Part shown: piece after piece, positions 25,116-33,207 of the stretch
Layout: the number at the start of each line of letters is the position of its first letter
How positions within the stretch are numbered: the first letter of the stretch is position 1
DNA from: Candidatus Bathyarchaeota archaeon
GTDB lineage: Archaea > Thermoproteota > Bathyarchaeia > Bathyarchaeales > DTEX01
Direction: 5' to 3'
Assembly: GCA_021158305.1 (NCBI GenBank)
Contig: JAGGUU010000152.1
Coordinates: 1-33,826 of the forward strand
DNA: 33,826 nt
Translations under genes and position numbers: made by a program
Notes under the pieces: model-generated
Database searches by the model: none
Told to the model about the DNA's origin: nothing
What the model saw: only the letters and a program-made list of their open reading frames with translations

Positions 25116-26147
25116 CTACGAGATCTCCATGATTTTTGAGGCTATTTCTTCACCTACCTCTTGCGTTGTCGAGTCTCCTCCAAGATCGTATGTTCTAACC
25201 TTTCCTTCTCTCAAAACTTTGATCACTGCTTGCTCAATGATTTTAGCGGCTTCTATTTCTCCGAGATACTCCATCATCATCTTCGCGGCGAGTATAGTCG
25301 CTATAGGGTTCACTTTGTTCTTGCCAGCATATTTGGGGGCGGAGCCGTGAACGGGCTCAAACATCGCGTAATCGTCGCCTATATTTGCTCCAGCAGCTAC
25401 TCCTAGACCGCCGACGATCTGAGCAGCCTCATCGGAGAGAATGTCCCCAAACATATTCGTGGTAACGATTACATCGAACTTTTCTGGTTCCTTAATCAGC
25501 CTCATGGCCATAGCGTCAACATGCACTTCATCCAGAATAACTGACGGATAATCTTCTGCAATTCTATAGACAGCATCTCGGAAGATACCGTCGGTTACTC
25601 GTAGTATATTTCTCTTATGCACACAAGTTACATGGCGTTTTCTCTTCATAGCAAGCTCAAAAGCTAACCGCGCAACCTTCTCCGATGCATCTCGCGTTAT
25701 AAGACGGATCGCTACGCCTTTTCCAGGCGACACTTCGAATTCCTCACCAAAATATAACCCTTCCGTATTCTCCCTAACAATGATGAGGTCAATATTGGGT
25801 TTTAATGATGGAACACCAGGCAAAGATTTACACGGCCTGACATTCGCATATAAACCGAATTTCCTCCTTATAGTCACGGCGGCGCTCGGCGGCGCTCCGA
25901 TTTCCTCCGGCGTCGTCATAGGCCCCTTTAGACACGCATTAGTTTCTTCAAGTATCCTAAGGGTCTTTTCCGGAACGTTCGTTCCATATTTTTCAATGCA
26001 GTTATACCCTGCTTCCCCAAATTTAAGCTCAAGTTTTAGGTTTCCTAATGCTTTCTGAACAGCATCTAAAACTTTAACAGCTGCCTCTATAACCTCAGGT
26101 CCTATTCCATCCCCAGGTAATACAGCAATGCTGTAGCTTCTTGACAA
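25116..26147 (-). CDS. Isopropylmalate/homoisocitrate-type beta-decarboxylating dehydrogenase (IDH/IMDH family)
   Basis: Contains IAVLPGDGIGPEV, RENTEGLYFG, NMFGDILSDEAA and GSAPKYAGKNKVNP. The preferred start is TTG at 26147, 9 nt after AGGAGG, which gives MSRSYSIAVLPGDG. The track ATG at 26210 would add an odd 21-aa basic/hydrophobic extension. Confidence 0.85.
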   Translation of the reverse strand: MSRSYSIAVLPGDGIGPEVIEAAVKVLDAVQKALGNLKLELKFGEAGYNCIEKYGTNVPEKTLRILEETNACLKGPMTTPEEIGAPPSAAVTIRRKFGLYANVRPCKSLPGVPSLKPNIDLIIVRENTEGLYFGEEFEVSPGKGVAIRLITRDASEKVARLAFELAMKRKRHVTCVHKRNILRVTDGIFRDAVYRIAEDYPSVILDEVHVDAMAMRLIKEPEKFDVIVTTNMFGDILSDEAAQIVGGLGVAAGANIGDDYAMFEPVHGSAPKYAGKNKVNPIATILAAKMMMEYLGEIEAAKIIEQAVIKVLREGKVRTYDLGGDSTTQEVGEEIASKIMEIS

Positions 26148-26211
26148 CTCACCATGCCTCCTCTTTGTGAATAGAAGAGAGAAGAATGCCAATTTATGTC
26201 TTTTCGGCATT

Positions 26212-26775
26212 CTATACTTTTCGTTTCGTTTCTAAATCAAGCATATAATTTATAATGTCAACGCATGTTGCAGCTAAATAAGGCTTCTTTCCTATAGACA
26301 CCTTAGTTCCGAATCTCAAGGCGAATTCTTCATCCTTCCTCGGAAGACCTATCTGGTCGCCTAAAACAAATACGGGGTCTGCTCCAAAATCTATCTCCCT
26401 TATATCCCGTCCTTTCTCCTCCAGCACAAAGATGTTTCTATTACTAAATGAACGAAGCAATGCTTGGAAACTTTTCTTTTCTACGTAGATTCCGGGATGA
26501 GAGCCTCCAGATAAAACCTTCCTTAGAATTGACTCCCACGTTCTCTCATCCGTTCTCACTCCTCGAAGTTCTCTTCCATCAATAATCAGGTGAAGCGGAG
26601 GCCTAGGCGGCCCTCCCAAGATAGCGTGGAAAATCACATCGCGACGTATGGCTCCGGAGGTAAAAAACGCAAAGAGAATACACTGGTATACGACGTCCAG
26701 CCTACCAGCTTCCCTTAGGCTTCTGAATGACCCATCAGTTCTTCCTCTTCTGGATAATAGAATAAACTCGATCAT
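26212..26775 (-). CDS. trmY: tRNA (pseudouridine54-N1)-methyltransferase TrmY (SPOUT, DUF358/COG1901)
   Basis: Contains GRLDVVYQCILFAFFTSGAIRRDV, GGPPRPPLHLIIDG, VLGDQIGLPRKDEEF and VSIGKKPYLAATCV. These parallel the Mj1640-type TrmY blocks as I remember them. Confidence 0.78.
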   Translation of the reverse strand: MIEFILLSRRGRTDGSFRSLREAGRLDVVYQCILFAFFTSGAIRRDVIFHAILGGPPRPPLHLIIDGRELRGVRTDERTWESILRKVLSGGSHPGIYVEKKSFQALLRSFSNRNIFVLEEKGRDIREIDFGADPVFVLGDQIGLPRKDEEFALRFGTKVSIGKKPYLAATCVDIINYMLDLETKRKV

Positions 26776-26894
26776 CCAAAGCCACTATAAGCGTTCGTTT
26801 CTCTGAGATATTACATATACATATTACTTTAATTCTATCAGACTTGAATAAGCATTTTTCCATTAAAGAATTTAATAGCTTGTCATAGTAATCT

Positions 26895-27431
26895 CTAATA
26901 GGAGACCTTTATCACGATTGTCTCTGAGATATAATTGAAAAGTCTTTGTTGCTTCTTTGAATAAAGAAGCCATCCGATGAGGCAGTCTATGGGAAGCAGA
27001 AAAGCTTTACCAATACTTTCCACAGCTGCTTGCATCATGCTTATCTTTCCCCCATCCAGCCGCGTCACCTTCATCTTCATAACAATCTTTCCAATTGATT
27101 GACCGCATATACCCTCAGTGAATGTCCAGTAAAGGAAGTATACAATATTATCGAATCCAACGTCGATGAATGGGATTCCTCTCATAAAGATGAATGCTTT
27201 GCTGAAGTCTATGATTTTGAACCACACGAATCCTAACCAAAGGAAATACCACTTAAACAATGCGAGAAGAACACCAACAACTATTATGTCGATCATCCAT
27301 GCTACAAATCTTTCACCCCAACCTGCAGTCTCAAGTCTTCTTCTCCAATAAGCTCTAACTGGTGCGCCGCAATTCGGACAGAAAACGGCATCCTCTGGGA
27401 TCTTTGCTCCGCATTTTTCACAGTAAGGCAT
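26895..27431 (-). CDS. RDD-family membrane protein with N-terminal zinc ribbon
   Basis: MPYCEKCGAKIPEDAVFCPNCGAP is a double CxxC motif. It is followed by GERFVAWMIDIIVVGVLL (RDD-type R...A...D) and 3 TM segments. Confidence 0.72.
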   Translation of the reverse strand: MPYCEKCGAKIPEDAVFCPNCGAPVRAYWRRRLETAGWGERFVAWMIDIIVVGVLLALFKWYFLWLGFVWFKIIDFSKAFIFMRGIPFIDVGFDNIVYFLYWTFTEGICGQSIGKIVMKMKVTRLDGGKISMMQAAVESIGKAFLLPIDCLIGWLLYSKKQQRLFNYISETIVIKVSY

Positions 27432-27533
27432 ATTTTCTCTCTCGAAATCGTTATTTGCATCTCTTACATTAAAAGCATTAAATAAATATATTCCTCGGCG
27501 GCGTCTAATAGTAGTTTCAATAAGCGGGGAATA

Positions 27534-28622
27534 GTGTTGGATCTAGAGAAACGTCTGGAACTGGTTTCAAGAAATACTGAGGAAATCGTAACCTACGAGG
27601 AGATGCGGATCCTTCTAGAAACGAATAGTAGACCTAAGGCTTACTGGGGATTTGAATGCTCGGGGCTCATGCATGTGGGAATAGGATTGATTCCAGGGGC
27701 AAAAATCAAGGATATGATTGAAGCTGGCTTCGACTTCACAATTTTCCTTGCTGATTGGCATAGCTGGATAAACAATAAGCTCGGCGGAGTTATGGATAAT
27801 ATACGTGCCTGCGGAGAATATTTCAAGCATTGCTTTGAAGCACTAGGAATATCCTCAGATAAAGTGCGTTTTGTCTGGGCATCTGAGATAGCCAAGGACA
27901 TAGAATACTGGGAAAAAGTTATCAGAATAGCTAAAGTTTCTTCTCTCTTAAGAGTTCGAAGGGCCCTAACGATCATGGGACGCGAGATGGATCTCTCAGA
28001 TATTGAAACGGCTTGGATATTCTATCCATGTATGCAAGCTGCAGACATATTTCATATGAATCTTGACGTCGCCGCGGGAGGCATGGACCAGAGAAAGGCA
28101 CATATGCTAGCTAGAGACGCGGCTGAGAAGCTCGGATGGAGAAAACCGATATGCGTGCACACCCCATTGCTTCCCGGTCTTCTGAAACCCGAAGTCGGCA
28201 GAGGAAAGTATGATGAGGACGCGAGATTAAACGTAAGGATAAGCTCAAAAATGTCTAAGAGTAAACCTGAAAGCTGCATATTTGTTCATGATAGTCCGGA
28301 GACGATTAGAACTAAGATGAGAAATGCCTACTGCCCACCGAAACAAGAAGAGGGAAACCCTGTGCTTGAGCATGCGAAATACATAGTCTTTCCACATTTA
28401 AATCATCTTGAAGTGCCTAGACCCTCAAAGTACGGCGGACCATTAATGTTTGAGAGCTATGAAGATCTGAGACGATCTTACCTTAAGGGCGAAATTCATC
28501 CTCTTGATTTGAAAAATGGAGTTGCAGAAGCCCTTATAGAGATACTTAAGCCTGTAAGAGATCATTTCGAAAGGAATCCAGAGCCCTTAGAAAAGATCAT
28601 CAGGATCGAGACGACTCGATGA
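27534..28622 (+). CDS. tyrS: Tyrosyl-tRNA synthetase (archaeal long form, 362 aa)
   Basis: Class I motifs are present: GFECSGLMHVGIG (HIGH-like) and KMSKSKP (KMSKS). The TyrRS-type block is YPCMQAADIFHMNLDVAAGGMDQRKAHMLARD. The start is GTG or TTG at 27534/27537. Confidence 0.92.
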   Translation: MLDLEKRLELVSRNTEEIVTYEEMRILLETNSRPKAYWGFECSGLMHVGIGLIPGAKIKDMIEAGFDFTIFLADWHSWINNKLGGVMDNIRACGEYFKHCFEALGISSDKVRFVWASEIAKDIEYWEKVIRIAKVSSLLRVRRALTIMGREMDLSDIETAWIFYPCMQAADIFHMNLDVAAGGMDQRKAHMLARDAAEKLGWRKPICVHTPLLPGLLKPEVGRGKYDEDARLNVRISSKMSKSKPESCIFVHDSPETIRTKMRNAYCPPKQEEGNPVLEHAKYIVFPHLNHLEVPRPSKYGGPLMFESYEDLRRSYLKGEIHPLDLKNGVAEALIEILKPVRDHFERNPEPLEKIIRIETTR

Positions 28623-28636
28623 AATGAGCCGTTGTC

Positions 28637-28646
28637 TTTTCTTTTT
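28637..28646 (+). terminator. Oligo-T terminator TTTTCTTTTT 15 nt after the tyrS stop
   Basis: Two T runs sit in GTCTTTTCTTTTTCT. An A/T-rich TATA-like AAAAAATTTAAAGG (28665..28678) follows, ahead of the next gene. Confidence 0.4.
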
Positions 28647-28702
28647 CTAAGAAGTGATTTCTGCAAAAAATTTAAAGGAGATGTCGAAAAAGAACTATTT
28701 GA

Positions 28703-30112
28703 TTGCCTTTGGATTTTAAGGATGTTCTAGAATATTATTCAAGACAAGAAGTGAAAGATGAAATTGCCTCCTACTGTAAAAATCGATGGGTTGCCATAGA
28801 AGGGTTTGAACGCGGCGGTAAAAGAGTTTTTATAAGGTACACTCGTCGGAGAACGCCTCTTATAATAAGTGATTCGGATGATGTCAGCCTTATCCTAAAC
28901 AGGTTCAGGTTCTTCAAGCCTAGAACGATATATGCATCCATAAACCGTTATAGACGCTTAAAAAGCCGTGAAGATACTGACCAGCCAGGCAATATTGTAG
29001 AATCCACGCCTATATGGGATGTTGATGCCAGCTTAGAATCTTGGGAATACGCGGTAAAAGCTTCGGAGATAATCGTTAATTTCCTAGATAAAGAAGGAGT
29101 TAATCGTTCAGTCTATTTGAAGTGGTCGGGGAGGGGAATTCATATTCACATTCACGAGAAAGCCTTCTCTGAGGATCTTTTGAAGAAACATAATCCCCTC
29201 GATGTATCGTTCTCTATTGTAGAGTATGCCCTGAGGAGGACTAAAGATCAGCTCGTTAAGCTAGCTGAGAAAGCCCCGGAGGCAGGAGAACGACCGCTTA
29301 GGATTGAAAACAAAATAGATATCAAGCGGGTTTTTACCGCTCCGCTCTCCCTCCATAGGCAACTCGACCTCTGCTGTGTCTGCTTCAAACCGAATGACAT
29401 CAACGATTTCTCTCCGGAATGGGCTCATGTCAAGAATCCTCGCCACGACCCTTCATGGAAGATATATGAAGAGGGCGAAGCAGACCATCTCGCCGAGAAG
29501 GCTCTAGCTGAAATTGGTGGATATGATGGATGGCGTGAAACGCCGAAGATAAGTCAGCGCATCGTCGTAGAGGCAAAAACTCCAGCTAAGGTTGCTGCTA
29601 AAGAGCCCGCCTATAGGAAGATTGGACGATTTCAAGTTATGGGCCTCCTCCAAGCTGCTCGCTACTATCTGATTAAGGGAGATATTGAAAAGGCTAAGTC
29701 ATTCGGTCTGAATAGGGCTATCTTCTATGCTTGGGCTAAGAGGTATGCTCGAGATAGGCTAGTGAGAATCACAAAGAAGCCTAGAATCGAAGAAGCTGGC
29801 ACACGAATCGCTAAGCCAATGTATGAGCAAGTCGGCAACGAGACGGCTTATCTTTCGCCTAGGGGCTGGTTCGTTATAGGCGGAACTGAACAGTCACCAG
29901 AAGATTACGATCGACAAATAGCTAAGCGTATAGAAAGTGCAGCTATATCATATAAGGATGCTTGGGAAGCATCTATTAAGTACTTGAGTCGTTTCTCTAG
30001 AGATGTCCTTCTGGATCAGCAGAGATTCTATAAGGAAGTCTATGTGCCAGTTAGAGACCGCTTTCACATCCTTGTGGAAAAGATGATGAAAGACAAGAAA
30101 GAAAATGCGTAA
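28703..30112 (+). CDS. priS: Archaeo-eukaryotic primase (AEP) catalytic subunit, PriS-like, atypically long (469 aa) with a C-terminal helical extension
   Basis: Motif I is IWDVDAS (D106/D108), motif II is WSGRGIHIH (S142..H147) and motif III is KIDIKRVFTAPLSLH (D206, H218). The N-terminal VLEYY and TIYASINRY parallel canonical PriS. TTG at 28703 comes immediately after an in-frame stop. Confidence 0.7.
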   Translation: MPLDFKDVLEYYSRQEVKDEIASYCKNRWVAIEGFERGGKRVFIRYTRRRTPLIISDSDDVSLILNRFRFFKPRTIYASINRYRRLKSREDTDQPGNIVESTPIWDVDASLESWEYAVKASEIIVNFLDKEGVNRSVYLKWSGRGIHIHIHEKAFSEDLLKKHNPLDVSFSIVEYALRRTKDQLVKLAEKAPEAGERPLRIENKIDIKRVFTAPLSLHRQLDLCCVCFKPNDINDFSPEWAHVKNPRHDPSWKIYEEGEADHLAEKALAEIGGYDGWRETPKISQRIVVEAKTPAKVAAKEPAYRKIGRFQVMGLLQAARYYLIKGDIEKAKSFGLNRAIFYAWAKRYARDRLVRITKKPRIEEAGTRIAKPMYEQVGNETAYLSPRGWFVIGGTEQSPEDYDRQIAKRIESAAISYKDAWEASIKYLSRFSRDVLLDQQRFYKEVYVPVRDRFHILVEKMMKDKKENA

Positions 30113-30119
30113 GCATTGT

Positions 30120-32021
30120 CTAGAGATACTCTCTTCTTCGTCTCCAATATATTAAGAAAGCTACTGCTGAAATGGTTCCGCCTATGGCCACCGCTATGTA
30201 CAACATGAACTGATTTAGAAGCGTTAGGATCATGTTTATCCAAGTATTATTTACAATTAACTCTTTCTTTTTGCTTGTTGATGGAAGATAAGCGTTGTCT
30301 CCTTTTAGGAGTGCCTGTATGCTAACTTTTCCCGTTGTCGGAGGAGTAAAGCCGATGTTAAATCTGCCATGACTATCCGTGCTGGTTTCCTTCTTGATCA
30401 CGGTGCCGTTTGGCAGAGTAAACAGTATCTCAACTTTTTTCCCTCTAACAGGCGGGTCAATATTCCCTATAACGTCAATCTTTTCTCCGATATTGATCGT
30501 ATTGTTACTTAATGCAATCTCGATCGATGTAGGTATCTTCTCAACTCTAAAGGTTTCTTTAGCGGATGCTTCAAAGTATGCTTCATTTCCCGGATATGTG
30601 GCTATAACTGTCCATTCGCCAATAGCGTTAGGCGTATACCTGTAATTGAACGATCCATTAACATCAACTGTGATGGATTTAAGCAAGTTTTCTCCTTGCG
30701 AAGTGAAATTTAGGAGTATGCTATCTCTGCCGTGAGACATCTGTCCAGTTATTATTATCTCTTCTCCAATGTAGATCTTTCTTCTCGACAAGTTGATGCT
30801 AAGTTCCGTCTTATTCTTAACAATGTAGGAGCCTGTAGCCTCTGCTGTATTGCCAACCATGTCAACGGCGACAACCTTATATTTTATCTTATTGCTCCCA
30901 GGATATTCCGGTATGACTCCAACGTAGATTCCGTCAGAGGTCTCCTCCATTTCAACTGAGTGAGATGAAGCCCAGTCATCATTCGTATAATATAGCCTAA
31001 CTGACTTCAAAGAATCCTCGTCATATATTTTAGCCTTAATCTCTACTTTGTGTCCAGATGCAATTTCCTTAGGGGTTGCCATAAGACTAATCGACGGTGG
31101 ATTAAAATCAGTTTTTATCATGAATCTAACGATACCTTCTCCGTTCTCACCAATGAGAACTAAATGATAAAGGATAGTTTCTCCAGGCGATGGCGATGTA
31201 TAATTTATCAGCATATCTTGCCCAAAGAATTCGCAGCTAGCCATAGCATCCAAGTTTCTGTATCCTTCATCTTCCCAATTATATCCGCCGTAATGTCCAG
31301 AAGAATCAATTTCACCGTATAATCCCGGTTCCCAAGCTACGGGATAGCCATCTAATATGTCACCTATGCCCTTTGATGGATTCGCTAATAGATATAGTCG
31401 CGCCTCATACATGTCAAGAGTCTCTGGAACTTCTATTATAACCTCGATTCTATCACTGTTGCTTGCAAATTCATAAGCCCATCTGGTTTCATGTACATCC
31501 TTGAAGTTAACTTTTCCTCTAATATATTTCTCATACCATCTGTTACATTCTAAATGCTCAATAACCATCAAGGTGGCTGCATCTTCACCATTACTCTCCT
31601 TTGGATCATTATAGATCAAGAAATAGTAGAGCCCTGTTCTTTTAGGCGTGAAGAAGGGATCATTAGGCTTATTCCCCAAATGCTCAGGAAGACCGGATGA
31701 TGCTGTATGAACGGCTTCAAGCTTTCCTTCAGGGCTGTAAACGTAGACGTCATAATCTGTTTTTGAACCTATCCAGTCGCCTATGAAGTATACGTGATAA
31801 AAAGAACCTTTATTCAGGGGGTAGATGAAGGTCCAGCTACTGCCGATGGGGATCTGCGAAGCGTTAATTTTTACCGGATATCCTGGCTTACTTATGTAGG
31901 TTTTGTTTCCTTCCATTATGGAGACTGATGTTCCCATCAGATTCCGAGGAGAATATGTGAGCAACAAAATTGTAAATGAAGCCGCAAATATAAAGAGATA
32001 TAGAATCTTTTTGTGTTTCAT
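30120..32021 (-). CDS. Large type-I membrane-anchored surface glycoprotein with Ig-like beta-sandwich repeats (adhesin or S-layer-associated candidate)
   Basis: The N-terminal signal/anchor is MKHKKILYLFIFAASFTILLLTY. The C-terminal TM is FMLYIAVAIGGTISAVAFLIYW followed by RRRREYL. Two tandem ~92-aa repeats lie before the anchor. There are many N-x-S/T sequons. Confidence 0.75.
   Translation of the reverse strand: MKHKKILYLFIFAASFTILLLTYSPRNLMGTSVSIMEGNKTYISKPGYPVKINASQIPIGSSWTFIYPLNKGSFYHVYFIGDWIGSKTDYDVYVYSPEGKLEAVHTASSGLPEHLGNKPNDPFFTPKRTGLYYFLIYNDPKESNGEDAATLMVIEHLECNRWYEKYIRGKVNFKDVHETRWAYEFASNSDRIEVIIEVPETLDMYEARLYLLANPSKGIGDILDGYPVAWEPGLYGEIDSSGHYGGYNWEDEGYRNLDAMASCEFFGQDMLINYTSPSPGETILYHLVLIGENGEGIVRFMIKTDFNPPSISLMATPKEIASGHKVEIKAKIYDEDSLKSVRLYYTNDDWASSHSVEMEETSDGIYVGVIPEYPGSNKIKYKVVAVDMVGNTAEATGSYIVKNKTELSINLSRRKIYIGEEIIITGQMSHGRDSILLNFTSQGENLLKSITVDVNGSFNYRYTPNAIGEWTVIATYPGNEAYFEASAKETFRVEKIPTSIEIALSNNTINIGEKIDVIGNIDPPVRGKKVEILFTLPNGTVIKKETSTDSHGRFNIGFTPPTTGKVSIQALLKGDNAYLPSTSKKKELIVNNTWINMILTLLNQFMLYIAVAIGGTISAVAFLIYWRRRREYL
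30252..30809 (-). repeat. Two tandem ~92-aa Ig-like domain repeats inside the surface protein (aa 405-494 and 496-590)
   Basis: ELSINLSRRKIYIGEEIIITGQM...NGSFNYRYTPNAIGEWTVIATYPGNEAYFEASAKETFRV aligns with SIEIALSNNTINIGEKIDVIGNI...HGRFNIGFTPPTTGKVSIQALLKGDNAYLPSTSKKKELIV. The shared pattern is I-x-LS...I-x-IGE-x-I...G-x-FN...TP...G...A...G-[ND]-x-AY. Confidence 0.5.
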
Positions 32022-32096
32022 TCTGTATAGTCAATCTCCCTTTTATGATCTCTGGCAGAAAGCGGCTTTCAAAAATATTAAATCATTTATGAACTC

Positions 32097-32117
32097 TAGG
32101 TCTAAACCTTAGGTCTA
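32097..32117. repeat. Direct repeat TAGGTCTA (x2, 13-nt period) containing the inverted repeat TAGGT-ctaa-ACCTA
   Basis: The sequence is cTAGGTCTAaaccTTAGGTCTAtac, in the divergent intergenic region between the surface-protein gene and the zinc-ribbon gene. It could be an operator. Confidence 0.25.
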
Positions 32118-32251
32118 TACTGAGATTTCCATTCCCGATTTATTCAGAAAACATATCAGCAATAAAGTATCTTACGAATGGATTTATGGTTCATTACTCT
32201 TAAAAAAGAAATCGCCAAAATTTACAGCGGAATGTCTGGAGGGAGACAGTC

Positions 32252-32494
32252 TTGAAGCAACTATCAGTTTATCGAATCAACTTGAACGACATGGATGGAG
32301 ACGGCTCCTTTCCCTGCCCGTCATGTGGGATACTCATATCTCCTGATGATGTTTCTGAAGAGACATACAAGATAATAGATATGGAAACTTACGAAGATGG
32401 AACTCTAAAAACTCTATCTCTTATGTGCAAGAAATGTGGCGCTAAGATAGTCTTGGAAGGCTTTGAAATCTTAAGAACCCTAGAAAACTCATAA
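32252..32494 (+). CDS. Small zinc-ribbon protein (80 aa), function unknown
   Basis: Two CxxC pairs are present (FPCPSCG ... MCKKCGA). The TTG start lies 7 nt after GGAGGGA. An alternative in-frame ATG would give MDGDGSFPCPSCG. Confidence 0.55.
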   Translation: MKQLSVYRINLNDMDGDGSFPCPSCGILISPDDVSEETYKIIDMETYEDGTLKTLSLMCKKCGAKIVLEGFEILRTLENS

Positions 32495-32505
32495 TCGAAA
32501 TTTGT

Positions 32506-33036
32506 TTATATAACTTTAAGAAGATCCGATCTAGTTATTATTCCCACGAGTTTTCCCTTTCTCGTAACTAAAACTCCCGGATGCGTTCTAAGGATAGATC
32601 TAACAGTTATCAAATCTGTGTTTTCAGAGACGCTGGGTAACGGAGGCTCCATGATATTTTCAACAGTCTTTTCAGAAATGTTTGAGCTAAGGTTTTTCAC
32701 GATACCTTCCTCCGTAACCATGCCTACGACTCTGCCATTTTCTATAACTGGTAACTGAGAAATCGCGTGCTTTATCATGATCTCACTTACCTTCTTAATC
32801 TTCTCTTTAGGGCTTGTAACTATCACATCTCTGGTCATGATTTCCTCGCAAGTCTTACGTTTTTTGCTTGTAAGTACTTCAAGAATCTTATTAACTGTTG
32901 ATAGTCGCGGATCTACTTTCTCACCTTCTATCTTTGCTATGTGGGCTTGAGAAACCCCAACGAGCTTAGCTAGCTGGCTCTGGGTTAGTCCAGCTTCAAG
33001 CCTCATCTTTCTCAAAATAGATCCCTTGATAATCAA
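32506..33036 (-). CDS. XRE-type HTH transcriptional regulator fused to a CBS-pair (Bateman) sensor domain (COG3620-like)
   Basis: The HTH is LRKMRLEAGLTQSQLAKLVGVSQAHIAKIEGEKVDP. Two CBS motifs follow: IMTRDVIVTSP...LPVIENGRVVGMVTEEGIV, and IMEPPLPSVSEN...VLVTRKGKLVGIITRSDLL. The TTG start lies 7 nt after GAGGT. Confidence 0.85.
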   Translation of the reverse strand: MIIKGSILRKMRLEAGLTQSQLAKLVGVSQAHIAKIEGEKVDPRLSTVNKILEVLTSKKRKTCEEIMTRDVIVTSPKEKIKKVSEIMIKHAISQLPVIENGRVVGMVTEEGIVKNLSSNISEKTVENIMEPPLPSVSENTDLITVRSILRTHPGVLVTRKGKLVGIITRSDLLKVI

Positions 33037-33039
33037 TTC

Positions 33040-33056
33040 GATAACCTCTGGTTATC
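33040..33056. promoter_or_regulatory. Perfect 7-bp inverted repeat GATAACC-tct-GGTTATC overlapping the SD of the HTH-CBS gene
   Basis: Read directly from the sequence. It lies 4-20 nt upstream of the TTG start on the minus strand and contains the GAGGT SD. It could be an operator for autoregulation or an RBS-sequestering hairpin. Confidence 0.35.
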
Positions 33057-33157
33057 TCTTTCAAAGGGTATTTTCTAAAAGCATAAAATATTTTTTGTTT
33101 TCCACATTGCCAATTATACAAAAAACTGCATTATTTTTCAATTAAATATTGCGTAAG

Positions 33158-33166
33158 TTATATATT
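33158..33166 (+). promoter_or_regulatory. TATA box TTATATATT upstream of the SAM synthetase gene
   Basis: It lies ~45 nt upstream of TTG 33208, giving a predicted TSS near 33188. A GGTG SD lies at 33197..33200. Confidence 0.4.
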
Positions 33167-33207
33167 GCTCCCCGAGAATTACATGAAAGTCACTTTGGTG
33201 AATAATC

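Noticed and set aside
25060-26058. + strand ORFs 25060..25350, 25161..25406 and 25780..26058
   Set aside because: All are antisense shadows of the well-supported dehydrogenase gene. The same reasoning applies to the other short antisense ORFs in the track inside the ATPase, sepS, thiDN, tyrS, nfi and surface-protein genes.
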